DNA of 64,000 nucleotides, taken from positions 86,649 through 150,648 of the forward strand of contig CAWFSB010000040.1 of NCBI GenBank assembly GCA_963818355.1, in the 5' to 3' direction. Each line of letters starts with the position of its first letter. Position 1 is the stretch's first letter. The position numbers were made by a program, and so were the translations under genes. This document shows, in pieces, positions 39,563 through 51,100 of the stretch. The notes under the pieces were generated by a model. It had not been told where the DNA came from. It worked only from the letters and a program-made list of their open reading frames with translations, and did no database searches. This DNA is from an uncultured Acidobacteriota bacterium. GTDB lineage: Bacteria; Acidobacteriota; Vicinamibacteria; Fen-336.

Positions 39563-42500
39563 ATGTCCATTCGATTGAACACGGCTGCGGGACTGCTCGC
39601 GGCCCTCGGCACGGGGCTCCTGCCCTCTGCCGCCACGGCCCAGACGAAGCTCCTCCGCTTCCCCGACATCGCCGGCGAGCGCGTCGCGTTCTGCTACGCG
39701 GGCGACGTCTGGACGGCGCCCGCGAAGGGCGGCAACGCCACCCGGCTGACCGCCCACCCGGGCCTCGAGCTCTTCCCGAAGTTCTCGCCGGACGGGAAGT
39801 GGCTCGCCTTCACCGGCCAATACGAGGGTGACGAGCAGGTCTACGTGATGCCGGCGGAGGGGGGCCAGCCGAAGCAGCTCACCTACTACCCCGCCCGCGG
39901 CCCCTTCCCGCCGCGCGGCGGCTACGACAACCAGGTCATGGGCTGGACGCCCGACGGCACGGCCATTCTCTTCCGCTCGCAGCGCGACGCCGACGGCGTC
40001 CGCTCGGAGGGCCAGCTCTTCACCGTCCCGGCGAAGGGCGGCCTCGCGAAGCCGCTCCCGATGCCCACCTCGGGCGCGGGCGACTTCTCGCCCGACGGGA
40101 AGCGGATCGCCTACTCGCCCCTCTTCCGCGACTTCCGCACCTGGAAGCGCTACGAGGGCGGCTGGGCGCAGGACCTCTGGGTCTACGACCTCGCCACGAA
40201 CGACGCCAAGGCCTTCGCCACCAGCAAGCGCACCGAGCGCGACCCCATGTGGATCGGCGACGGGATCTACTTCGCCTCCGACCGCGACGGCACGCTCAAC
40301 CTCTACTCCTGGGACCCGAAGACCGACGCGGTCGCGAAGCTCACGAGCAGCACCACGTGGGACGTCCGCTGGCCGTCGTCCGACAACGCGTCCCGCATCG
40401 TCTACGAGCTGAACGGCGAGCTGCGCGTCTACGACATCCGCGCGAAGGCCGACCAGGCGATCCCGATCTTCGTCCCGAGCGACGGCGTCGCGGTGCGCCC
40501 CTCGCGGGTGAGCGTCGAGAGAAACGTCGAAGGCTTCGAGCTCAGCCCGAAGGGCGAGCGGGCGCTCTTCGTGGCCCGCGGCGACGTCTTCACCCTCCCC
40601 ATCGAGAAGGGCCCAACGCGCAACCTGACCGCGACCTCCGGCGTCCACGACAAGCACGCCCGCTGGTCCCCCGACGGCAAGCGGATCGCGTTCGTCTCGG
40701 ACGCGTCGGGCGAGGACGAGATCTGGCTCGTGGACCAGGCGGGCGGGAAGCCGGAGCCGCTGACCAAGGGGCGACAGGGCATGACCTACGCCCCGGAGTG
40801 GTCGGCCGAGGGGACGCACATCGCCTTCTCGCACAAGGACGGCGGGCTCTTCGTCGTCACCCTCGCCGACCGGAAGGTGGTCGAGGTCGCCCGCGACGAG
40901 CGCGGCACCATCCGCGACTACGCCTGGTCGCCGAAGGGCGCGTACCTCGCCTTCTCGAAGGGCGACCCCGACGACTCGCGGTCGATCCACGTCTGGAGCG
41001 CCACCGACGGCACGCTCCACCGGGTCACGGACGAGCTCTTCAACGAGGAGTCCCCCGCGTGGGACCTCGACGGCGAGCACCTCTTCTATCTCTCCGACCG
41101 CGACTTCGCCCCCCAGATCAGCACCTTCGAGTGGAACTTCGCGACGAACCGCACGACCGGCATCTACGCCGTCACCCTGAAGAAGGACGGCAAGAGCCCG
41201 TTCCCGCCGCAGTCGGACGAGGTGACCTTCGAGGAGAAGAAGGCGGAGGGCGAGGCGAAGAAGCCAGCGGCGGACGATGGCAAGGCCGACGACCCGAAGG
41301 CCGACGCCGAAGGACAAGCCCGCGAAGAAGGAGACGCCGTTCCGCATCGACTTCGAGGGCCTCGGCTCCCGCGTCAGCCGCGTGCCGATCGAGGGCGACA
41401 ACATTGGCGGGCTCGCCGTGGGCAAGGGGCACCTGCTCTACACCGTGACCGGCGCGCCCTTCTACGGCCGCGACTCGTACGTGAAGCCCGCGCTCAAGCT
41501 CTACTCCTTCAAGGACCGCAAGGAATCCACCCTGGCCGAGAACGCGACCGGCTGGGCGCTCTCCCGCGACGGGGCCAAGGTCCTCGTGCGGCAGGAGGAC
41601 AAGTTCAACCTCTACGACGTCAAGCCAGAGGCCAAGGACAAGAAGGCGGTCGCGACGAAGGGCCTGATGGTGGACCGCGTCCCCGCCGAGGAGTGGCGGC
41701 AGTTCTTCGACGAGGCCTGGCGGCGCTACCGCGACTTCTTCTACGCCCCGAACATGCACGGCTACGACTGGAAGGCGATCGGCGACCGCTACCGCGCCCT
41801 GCTGCCCCACGTGGCCCACCGCGCCGACCTCAACTACCTCCTCGGGGAGATGGTGGCCGAGCTCAACGTCGGCCACACCTACATCCAGGGCGGCGACTAC
41901 GAGATTCCGTCCCGTCCGAAGGTCGCGCTCCCCGGCGCACGCTTCGAGCTCGACGCCGCGTCCGGCCGTTTCCGCATCGCGCGCATCCTCCAGGGCCACA
42001 ACCAGGAGGACCTCTACCGGGCCCCGCTCACCGAGGTGGGCGTCGACGCCCGGGTGGGCGACTACGTCCTCGAGATCGACGGTGTCGCGCTCGAGCGGCG
42101 ACGACGACCCCTACCGCCTCCTCCGGCACAAGACCGACCCGGTGACCCTGACCCTCAACGCGAAGCCGGTTCTCGAGGGCGCCCGCAAGACGACCTACCG
42201 GCCCATCACGAGCGAGGAGCCGCTCCTCTACCTCGAGTGGACGAGCGCCAACCGCGAGAAGGTGGCGAAGCTCACGAACGGCCGCGCCGGCTACCTGCAC
42301 GTCCCGGACATGGGCGCGCCCGGCATCTACGAGTTCGTCAAGTGGTTCTACCCGCAGATCCGCAAGGAGGGGCTCGTCGTGGACGTGCGCTCGAACGGCG
42401 GGGGCAACGTCTCGCAGTGGATCATCGAGCGGCTGGACACGAAGCTGCTCGGCACGCGCTTTGGCCGGCGGGAGCACCCGGGGACGTACCCGGGGACGGT

Positions 42501-42885
42501 CTTCCACGGCCACAAGATCGCGATCCTCAACGAGACGTCGGCGTCGGACGGCGACATCTTCCCGCACATGTTCCGCAAGGCCGGGCTCGGCCCGCTGGTC
42601 GGCAAGCGCAGCTGGGGCGGCGTCGTCGGGATCGGCGGCCAGGGGCCGATGATCGACGGCGGCAGCGTGACCGTGCCCTCGAGCGGCACCAACGACGTGG
42701 ACGGCCGGTGGATCATCGAGGGCCAGGGCGTCGAGCCGGACATCGTGGTGGAGAACGACCCGAAGTCGGTGATCGCCGGGCGCGACCCCCAGCTCGAGCG
42801 GGCGGTCGCGGAGCTCGTCAAGAAGATGGACGCCGAGCCGATGACGCTGCCGAAGCGGCCGGCGGACCCGGTGAAGACGCAGTGA
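39563..42885 (+). CDS. tricorn protease homolog (S41B; beta-propellers + PDZ + S41 catalytic domain) (frame breaks near 41308 and 42090)
   Basis: ORF 39563..42145 reads [23 protein letters not shown].. and has FSPDGK-type blades. It continues in ORF 41277..44060 ([36 protein letters not shown]) and then in ORF 42082..42885 ([36 protein letters not shown]). Confidence 0.85.
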
Positions 42886-43668
42886 CGCCCGCGGGCGGGG
42901 CGGCCGGCATCGCCGTGATGCGGGGCGTCCCGCCCACGCTCGCCGACTGCGAGCTGACGTTCCACGCGCGGGAGCCGATCGACATCGGCCTCGCGGTCGC
43001 CCAGCACGCCGCCTACGGCGACCTCCTGCGCTCGTTCGGCCTCGAGGTCGTCGAGCTGCCGGCCGACCCCGCGCTTGCCCGACTGCTGCTTCGTCGAGGA
43101 CGTGGCCGTCGTCCTCGACGAGGTGGCGCTCCTGACGATGCCGGGGGCGGCTTCCCGGCGGGGCGAGCTCGTCGCGGTCGAGGCGGCGATCGAGCGGTTC
43201 CGCCCGATCGAGCGCACCGCGCTGCCCGCGACCCTCGAGGGCGGCGACGTCCTGCGCGTGGGCCGGACGCTCTTCGTCGGCCGCTCGGCCCGGACGAACG
43301 AGGCCGGAATCGCCCGCCTCGCCGCCGTCGCCGAGCCCCTCGGCTACCAGGTGCGGCCGGTCGCGGTGACCGGCTGCCTGCACCTCAAGAGCGCGGTCAC
43401 CGCCCTCGACGACGAGCGGTTGCTGGCCAACCCCGCCTGGATCGACATGTCCCCGTTCGTCGGGAAAGGCGTGGTGCCGGTGGACCCCGACGAGCCCGGG
43501 GCCGCCAACACCCTCCGCGTCGGTGGCGTCGTCGTCGCCCACCCCGGCTTCCCGCGCACCCTCGACCGTGTCGCCGCGCTCGGCTACGCCGTCCGCCCCC
43601 TGGACGTATCCGAGTTCGTCAAGGCCGAGGCCGCCCTCACCTGCAAGAGCCTCCTGTTCCGCGCCTGA
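42882..43668 (+). CDS. dimethylarginine dimethylaminohydrolase (DDAH) / amidinotransferase-fold enzyme (frame break near 43078)
   Basis: GTG 42882 overlaps the tricorn stop (GTGA). It reads ..[23 protein letters not shown].., then shifts to ORF 43075..43668 ([41 protein letters not shown]), which contains a catalytic Cys. Confidence 0.8.
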
Positions 43669-43675
43669 ACGCGCT

Positions 43676-43862
43676 GCCTGTCCCCCGAGGAGCTTCGACG
43701 CTTGCCCTTGTCATTCCGAGGAGCTTGGTCTTGCCGGGCGACGAGGAATCCGCCGGCCCGCCGGCGCTGAGACTGCGGATTCCCCCTCGCTTCTCGGCTC
43801 CCCGTCGTGCTCGGGGCTACGCCTCCAGTCCCGGATCGAGCCGGAGTCCCTCGGGATGGCCA
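43676..43862. repeat. repeat family copy 8 (truncated unit + full unit + degenerate inverted unit)
   Basis: CTGTCCCCCGAGGAGC.., then TGTCATTCCGAGGAGC TTGGTCTTGCC GGGCGACGAGGAATCCGCC GGCCCGCCGGCGCTGAGACTGCGGATTCC, then ..CGAGCCGGAGTCCCTCGGGATGGCCA. The right half is collinear with copy 5. Confidence 0.8.
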
Positions 43863-43868
43863 GGCGCG

Positions 43869-44654
43869 CTACGGCGTGCGGCGGGCCGCCCACAGGACGG
43901 CGTTGCGCACCAGCCGGCGGTAGGACGGGTGCAGGTGCGCCTCGCGCCCGTGCCCCAGCTGGATGGTGACGACCCGGGCCTTCGGGTAGGGAGAGACCCA
44001 GGCCACGGGCCCGTCGCTCGTCGCTTCGTCGGTCGTGAGCAGCACCGTCACCTTCGGTGAGATCCACATCCCCTTGTAGGTCTCGTCGAGGATGCGGAAG
44101 TCGGTCAGGCCGGCCGTGACCGGGTGCGCGGCGGCCACCCGCACGGTCAGCTCGACATCGTGCTTGTAGGTCGAGGCCGGTCGGTCGCCCTCGGGCGCTT
44201 CCAGGTAGCGCCCGCCGATCACCTCCTCCCACCACCACCGCCAGCCCGTCCGGCCGGCGATCGCGTGGTGCAGCGAGACGACACCCCCGCCCGCCTCGAC
44301 GAAGGCCCGCAAGTGCGCCTCCTGCTCGGGCGCCATCGCCGCCGGCATGTCGTAGAAGACCACGACGTCGGCATCGCGGCCCGGGGCGACCTCGCCGCGG
44401 AAAGCGTTCGGGTGCGGGTCGACGCGGACGTCGAGGTCGTCCTGCCCGTCGAGGACCGAGTAGAACGACACGTCGTGGTCGTGCCCGCCCGTGACGAGAA
44501 GAACGCGCACGGCGTCCTTCGCCTTCGGGGCGGGACGGAAGAGCTCCTGGGCGACCGTGGGAGAGGGAAAGACCGCGCCGAGGGCCAGGGCGATCAGGGC
44601 GGCGCCGGCGCGGGGGAAGCGAGGGGACGAGGTCGAGGGTTCCACGGGGGCCAT
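43869..44654 (-). CDS. ThuA-like (trehalose-utilisation family) secreted protein
   Basis: C-terminal 261 aa of ORF 43869..45182, starting at ATG 44654. It has a signal peptide and the motifs [21 protein letters not shown] and TIQLGHG. Confidence 0.75.
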   Translation of the reverse strand: MAPVEPSTSSPRFPRAGAALIALALGAVFPSPTVAQELFRPAPKAKDAVRVLLVTGGHDHDVSFYSVLDGQDDLDVRVDPHPNAFRGEVAPGRDADVVVFYDMPAAMAPEQEAHLRAFVEAGGGVVSLHHAIAGRTGWRWWWEEVIGGRYLEAPEGDRPASTYKHDVELTVRVAAAHPVTAGLTDFRILDETYKGMWISPKVTVLLTTDEATSDGPVAWVSPYPKARVVTIQLGHGREAHLHPSYRRLVRNAVLWAARRTP

Positions 44655-44747
44655 CGTACCGCCGCCTGGGCGCGGCCGGGGCCGCGGGTCGGGTATGCTT
44701 GGAGGGTTCTCTATTTCAACCGACGCATTCCAGAGGAGACCCGCCGA

Positions 44748-45248
44748 ATGGCCACCGTCACGCTCAAGGGCAACCCCATCGACGTCGCCGGCTCGTTCCC
44801 GCAGAAGGGCCAGAAGGCCCCCGCGTTCAAGCTCGTCGCCAAGGACCTCAAGGACGTCTCGCTCGCGGACTACGCGGGCAAGCGCAAGGTCCTCAACATC
44901 GTCCCCAGCCTCGACACCGCCGTCTGCGCGACCTCGACCCGCAAGTTCAACGAGAAGGCGGGCAGCCTGGCGAACGCCGTCGTGCTCGTCATCTCGGCGG
45001 ACCTCCCCTTCGCCGCCGGCCGCTTCTGCTCGACCGAGGGCCTGGAGAACGTGGTGACGCTCTCGACCCTGCGCGGCCGCGAGTTCATGAAGGCCTACGG
45101 CGTCGAGATCACGAGCGGCCCCCTCACGGGCGTGACCGCGCGCGGCGTCCTCGTCCTCGACGAGAACGACACGGTGCTCCACGCCGAGCTCGTCCCCGAG
45201 ATCACGCAGGAGCCGAACTACGACGCGGCCCTCGCCGCCCTGAAGTAG
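44748..45248 (+). CDS. tpx: thiol peroxidase (atypical 2-Cys peroxiredoxin)
   Basis: ATG 44748 lies within ORF 44124..45248. It has [31 protein letters not shown] and [14 protein letters not shown]. Confidence 0.9.
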   Translation: MATVTLKGNPIDVAGSFPQKGQKAPAFKLVAKDLKDVSLADYAGKRKVLNIVPSLDTAVCATSTRKFNEKAGSLANAVVLVISADLPFAAGRFCSTEGLENVVTLSTLRGREFMKAYGVEITSGPLTGVTARGVLVLDENDTVLHAELVPEITQEPNYDAALAALK

Positions 45249-45302
45249 AGTCCCCCGGGGCGCCGACGCTCGCCAGGCAGCGCCGGCGCCCTACCACTCC
45301 GA

Positions 45303-46755
45303 ATGAGCCCAGAGCCCCGCACCGACGGGCCGGCCACCCCGCAGGCACGCCGCCTCGCCGACCGCGCGCTGGCGGCCCTCGACGCCGTCATCGCGGCCAC
45401 GTCGGCCGTGGGCCTCCTCTACCTCGTTCTCGGCGGCTTCGACCTCGGCTTCCTCAGCGTGCGGCGCTTCTCGAAGCCGTTCCTGCTGCTGCTCGTCCTC
45501 GCCTCGCTGCGCGCCGCCATCCCCCGCCCTTCCTGGCTGCCACGCCTGCTGGCCGACGCCGCGCGGCGCGTTCGGGATCGGGCCACGATCCTCGACCGGC
45601 GCACTCCCTGGGCCGCGGCCGCCTTCGACGCGCTCGTCGCCGTGCTCACCGTCCACCTCCTCCCCAAGGGCACCGCGTTCCTCGCCCACGTCCTCTTCCC
45701 GGCGGCGAGGCCCCGGCCCTTCCCGATGCCGTTCGAAGCGGCGAAGTTCGCCGAGACGTTCGCCGCCTGGGACTCCGGCTGGTACTTCGACATCGCGCAG
45801 CGCGGCTACTACTGGAGCGCCTCGGGGCAGAGCAGCATCGCGTTCTTCCCGCTGTACCCGATGCTGATGCGGGCGCTGGCCTGGCCGTTCGGAGGCGGTG
45901 ACCGCGCGCTCTGGATCGCGGGGATCGCGCTTTCGTACGCGTGCCTCTTCCTGGGGCTCGCCGTCCTGCACCGCCTCACCGCGAAGATGTTCGGCGACCG
46001 CGAGACCGCCCGCCGCACCCTCCTCTACGTCGCCGTCTTCCCCTTCGCGTACTTCTTCACGCAGGTCTACACCGAGTCGCTCTTCCTGCTCACGAGCGTC
46101 TCGGCCGTGGCCGCGGCCGTGGCCTCGCGCTGGGGCTGGGCCGGCCTCTTCGGCGCGCTCGCCGCGCTCACCCGCCCGAACGGCATCCTGATCGCGTTGC
46201 CGCTGGGGCTCCTCGCCCTCGCCGGGCGGCCGCGGCTCGCCGAGCTCGATGCGACGCGCGGCGGCGCTCGCCCTGGTGCCTCTCGGCTTCGGCGCCTTCT
46301 GCGCCTACGCCTTCCGCCTCACCGGCGACCCCCTCGCCTGGCTGCACGCGCAGGCCCAGTGGGGCTACACGGTGGGCAACCGCCCCTGGGGCGAGCTGAT
46401 GCGGCTCCTCGACGGCCTCGAGCGGCAGGGCCTCTACGGCTACTTCTTCTCCGACCCCCTCGCCCCGTACTACTTCCTTCACGGCATGGTGGCGCTCGCC
46501 TTCGTGGCCCTGACGCCCAGCGTCTTCACGCGCGTGGGGGTCGCGCTCGGCGCCTACGTGGCGGTGAGCCTCTACCTGCCGCTCAGCGGGAACGCGCTCG
46601 AGGGGATCGGGCGCTACGCGGCGACGCTCTTCCCGGTCTTCATGCTGCTCGGGACGATCACCTCACGCCGCGTGCACGAGGCGATCCTGATCGGCAGCGC
46701 GCTGGTGCTGTCGCTCCTGACCAGCCTGTTCGCGGGCTTCTACCCGATCTACTAG
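45303..46755 (+). CDS. GT-C membrane mannosyltransferase, PIG-V-like (frame break near 46247)
   Basis: ORF 45303.. has WDSGWYFDIAQRGY, IAFFPLYPMLMRAL and TESLFLL. It continues in ORF 46249..46755 (multi-TM, ..GRYAATLFPVFMLLG..). Confidence 0.65.
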
Positions 46756-46760
46756 CCGCG

Positions 46761-47180
46761 TCAGGGGTTCGAGCCGACCGTCAGGGGGCGGCCGCTCGTC
46801 AGCCAGCCGCCGAGGCCGCCCGCGAGAACGCGAGCGTCGATGCCCTTCGCCTGCAGTGTGCGCGCCGCCCGGGCGCTCTCGTGCTCGTTCGGTCAGCCAC
46901 AGTAGAGGATCGGCAGCCGGCCCATCTTCCGGATCTCGACCGCCCGTTCCTCGATCTCGCTCGAAGGGATGTTCAGGGCGCCGGGGACGTGGCCCTCGGC
47001 ATACGACTCGCGCGAGCGGACGTCGATCAGCACCGCCTCGCCGCGGTCGCGGCGCTGGAGCGCCTCGGCGAGCGGCATGGCCGCGGCGTCGGGACCGGCG
47101 CCCTGCGGCCAGACGACGCAGCCGACGGCCGCGAGAGTCACGAGGAGGAGCGCGGGCAGTCGTCCGAGTCGGAGCTTCAC
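46761..47180 (-). CDS. rhodanese-domain lipoprotein with an in-frame TGA (complement 46893..46895)
   Basis: ORF 46893..47180 has a GTG start, the lipobox LAAVGC, then VLIDVRSRESYAEGHVPGALNIP..LPILYCG*. The same frame continues after the TGA with PNEHESARAARTLQAKGIDARVLAGGLGGWLTSGRPLTV..*, which is the rest of the rhodanese fold. Confidence 0.65.
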
Positions 47181-47218
47181 GAGACGATCCTAGCATCGGG
47201 CGAGCACTGGACGGCCCC

Positions 47219-48126
47219 ATGATCTCTCGTCCTCGCGCTCTGCTCGGAATCCTGGCTCGGCGGCCGGACCGCCCTCGCCGATCCGGGTCGAGGCCCTCGC
47301 CCGGGAGACGCCGGAGGGCCCGGTTCGCGCCTGGCTCGCCCGCGTCGATCTCAACGACCCGCGCGTCAGCTTCGTCGTCACCGGCCCGCTGGAGCGGCGG
47401 GAGGGCGACCCGGAGCGCGCCGAGGCCCGCCTCGTGCCGACCGACGTCTGGGCCGAGAGAGAGGGCGTCGACCTGGCGGTGAACGCCAGCTTCTTCGCAC
47501 GCCTCGAAGGAGCCGGCGCTCCGGTGCTCGGCTGGACCGACGCGCTGCCGGTGGATCTCGTCGGCCTGTCTCGGAGCGAGGGACGCACGGTCTCCCCGCC
47601 GCGCCGCGGCGGAGGCGTCGAAGCACCCGCCGACCCGGCGCTACTCATCGACGAGGCGAAGGACGGGCACTGCCCGTGCCAGGCACGCGCCGCTCACGCG
47701 GGCGAGAGCGATCTCGACGGCGTCGAGGAAGCGGTGGCGGGCATGGGCGCCCGGAACGGGAACCCGGGCACGCTTCTCGTCGAGAACGGCCGAAACCTCG
47801 GGGCGACCGCCCAGGTGGCACCCACCCAACGTCACCCGCGCACCGCGGCCGGCGTCACTCGCGACGGGCGGACGTTGCTGCTGCTCGTCGTGGACGGCCG
47901 GCAGGCGGGCTGGAGCATCGGCGCCACCCTGCCGGAGCTCGCGCAGACGATGCTCGACGCCGGCGCCTGGAACGCCGTCAACCTCGACGGCGGCGGCTCG
48001 TCCGCGATGTGGCACCGGGAGCCGGGAGCGACGGCCGGACGCGTCCTCAACCGCCCGAGCGACGGCCACGTCCGGCCGGTGGCGAACCACCTGGGCGTGC
48101 GACTCTCGACCGGGCCGCTCCGGTAG
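47219..48126 (+). CDS. phosphodiester glycosidase family protein (NAGPA/DUF2233-like); N-terminal frame uncertain
   Basis: ORF 47434..48126 has AVNASFF, HPRTAAGVTRDGRTLLLLVVDGRQ and AVNLDGGGSS. The frame extends upstream (RVEALARETPEGPVRAWLARVDLNDPRVSF). ATG 47219 lies in a different frame, so there is probably a break near 47260. Confidence 0.6.
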
Positions 48127-48160
48127 CGTCTCCGGACCGCCGGCGCTGTGATCCGCATCC

Positions 48161-51100
48161 TTGACCGACGCGCGCCAGCACCCTAACCTTGCTCACTTGA
48201 TCGAGTCAGCCACTCCAGGGCCGCGGGAGGCCCTCCAGACGGCCGGTACCGCCGTGCCCGAGGTGTCTCCGACCGACATCGCGGTCGTCGGCCGGGCCCT
48301 CCGGGTGCCCGGCGCGCGCAACGTATCCGAATTCTGGGACAACCTTCACCAGGGCAAGGAGTCGATCCGCCGCCTGAGCGACGACGAGCTCCGCGCCCGC
48401 GGGGTGGACCCGGCCCTCCTCGCCGACCCCGCCTACGTGAAGTGGGGCGCCCCGCTCGAGGACCTCGAGCTCTTCGACGCGGGCTTCTTCGGCTTCAGCC
48501 CGCGCGAGGCCGCGATCATGGACCCCCAGCACCGCCACTTCCTCGAGGTGGCCTGGGAGGCGCTCGAGGACGCCGGCCACGCGCCGGAGTCGTTCCCGGG
48601 ACGGATCGGGGTCTTCGCCGGGTCGGGCATGAGCGCCTACATGCCCTACCACCTCTTCACGAACCCGAAGCTGATGGCGTCGGTGGGCCTCTTCCTCGCG
48701 CGGCACACGGGGAACGACAAGGACTTCCTCACCACGCGCGCGTCCTACCTGTTCGACCTGCGCGGCCCCTCGGTCAACGTCCAGACCGCCTGCTCCACCT
48801 CGCTCGTCGCGATCCACGCCGCCGGCCAGAGCCTCGTCAACCACGAGTGCGACCTGGCGCTCGCGGGAGGCGTGACGATCGAGCTGCCCCACGGCCTGGG
48901 CTACCTCTACCACGAGGGCGAGATCCTCTCCGACGACGGGCACTGCCGCGCGTTCGACCGGCGGGCGAAGGGCACGGTCTTCGGGAGCGGGGCCGGCGTC
49001 GTGGTCCTGCGGCGGCTCGGGGACGCGCTCGAGGACGGCGACACCGTCTACGCCGTCGTCAAGGGCTCGGCGGTGAACAACGACGGGGGCCGGAAGGTCG
49101 GCTACCTGGCGCCCAGCGTCGACGGGCAGGCCGAGGCCGTGGCCGAGGCGCTCCACGTCTCCGGCGTGCCGGCCGACTCCGTCACCTACGTCGAGTGCCA
49201 CGGGACGGGGACGCCCGTGGGCGATCCCATCGAGGTGACGGGCCTGACCCAGGCCTTCCGCTCCTTCACCGAGCGCTCGCGCTTCTGCGCCATCGGCTCG
49301 GTCAAGACGAACATCGGCCACCTCGACACCGCGGCGGGTGTCGCGAGCTTCGTCAAGGTCGTGGAGATGCTGCGGCACCGCACCCTGGCGCCGAGCCTGC
49401 ACTTCCGCGAGCCCAACCCCGAGGTCGATTGGGAGAAGACGCCGTTCTTCGTCGCCGACCGGGCGGCGCCGTGGCCCTCGGACGGCCCTCGCCGGGCCGG
49501 CGTCAACTCCCTCGGCGTCGGCGGGACGAACGCCCACGTCGTCGTCGAGGAGGCGGCCGCCCCGCCGCCTCCCGCGCCCTCGCGCGGACCGACGCTCGTC
49601 CTGCTCTCGGCGCGGACGAAGGCCTCGCTCGACCGGGCCACGGCCCGCCTCGCGGACCGGCTGGAGGCCGACCCTTCCCTCGACCTCGCCGACGCGGCCT
49701 TCACTCTGGCCGCGGGTCGGCGCCGCTTCGCCGAGCGCCGCGCCGTCGTGTGCGCGTCGCGCGAGGACGCGGTCGAGGCGCTGCGCTCGCCGGCGAGGCG
49801 GCTCGGCGCCGCGAGCGACCGCTCGGGCACGAAGGTCGCCTTCCTGTTCCCGGGCGGCGGCGCCCAGTACCCCGGGATGGCGTCGGACCTCTACCGATCG
49901 GAGCCGGCCTTCCGGGCGCGGGTGGACGAGTGCCTGGCGCTCCTCCGCACGCGCGAATCTCTCGACCTGCGCCCTCTCATGTTCCCCGTCGCGGGGGCCG
50001 AGGCCGCGGCGGCGGCCGAGCTCCTCCGCCCCTCCCTGGCGCTGCCCGCGCTGCTCACGATCGAGCTGGCCCTCGCGGAGCTGCTGCGGTCGTGGGGCCT
50101 CACGCCCGTCTCGATGATCGGCCACAGCCTCGGCGAGTACGCCGCCGCGCACCTCGCCGGCGTGTTCTCCCTGGCCGACGCGCTCGGCGTCGTGACCTGC
50201 CGCGGCCGGCTCTTCGAGACGCTGCCCGAGGGGGCGATGCTCTCCGTGCCGCTCCCCGAGGCGGAGGTCGCAGCGGATCTTCCCCCCGGCCTGTCCTTCG
50301 CCGCGATCAACGGCCCCGGCCTGTGCCTCGTCTCGGGCGAGGTCGGCCTCATCGCCGGGCTCGAGTCGCGGCTCGCCGCCCGCGGCGTCGAGGCGAAGCG
50401 TCTGGCGATCGCGGTGGCCGCGCACTCGCCGATGCTCGAGCCCATCCTGGGCCCGTTCGAGAAGTACCTGCGATCGCTGCGCCTCGCCGAGCCGACCCTG
50501 CCGTTCGTCTCCAACGTCACGGGCACGTGGATCCGCCCGGAGGAGGCACGCGATCCCGCCTACTGGGTGAGGCACCTCCGTCAGCCCGTGCGCTTCGCCG
50601 ACGGCCTGCAGGCGCTCGTCGCGCAAGGGAGCCCGGCCCTCCTCGAGGTGGGCCCGGGCCGGACGCTCACGTCTCTCGCCCGCTCGCACCCGGCGGTCGG
50701 CGCGGGGAGATCCGTCATCCCGGCGCTGCGGCACCCGCAGGACCCCACGAGCGATCTCGAGGCCGTGCTCGCGGCCATGGGTCAGCTGTGGATGGCGGGC
50801 GTCGATGCCGACTGGCGGGCGTTCTTCGGGCCGGGGCGCCAACGGGTCAGCCTGCCGGCCTACTCGTTCGACCACGAGCGGCACTGGATCGAGCCGGGCG
50901 ACGGCTTCTTCCTCCGACCGGAGAAAGCGACGGCCCTCGCGAGGAACCCGGACCGCTCCGCGTGGACGTACCGGCCGGTGTGGCGGCGGAGCGAGACACC
51001 CCGGCGCCGGGCGGTGGCGGCACGCAACGTCCTCGTGTTCGAGGACGGGACCGGGCTCGGCCGGGAGCTGGCGCTCGAGCTGCGCGCCGCCGGCCACGCG

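Noticed and set aside
6330-42095. Programmed ribosomal frameshifting as the explanation for frame changes in DUF349, tricorn protease and other genes
   Set aside because: I saw no slippery heptamer or stimulatory structure at the junctions. The breaks hit about 25 unrelated genes, including purB and an anti-sigma factor. Error or decay explains this far better.
4089-43862. Whether the TGTCATTCCGAGG repeats could be a CRISPR array
   Set aside because: The units occur in both orientations, with irregular spacing, scattered over 40 kb and nested into palindromes. There is no regular repeat-spacer periodicity and there are no cas genes.
46850-46892. The hairpin downstream of the in-frame TGA as positive evidence for a bacterial SECIS
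   Set aside because: It has only a 5-bp GC stem and a 5-nt loop. Structures of this size are expected by chance at this GC content, so I report it but do not count it as support.
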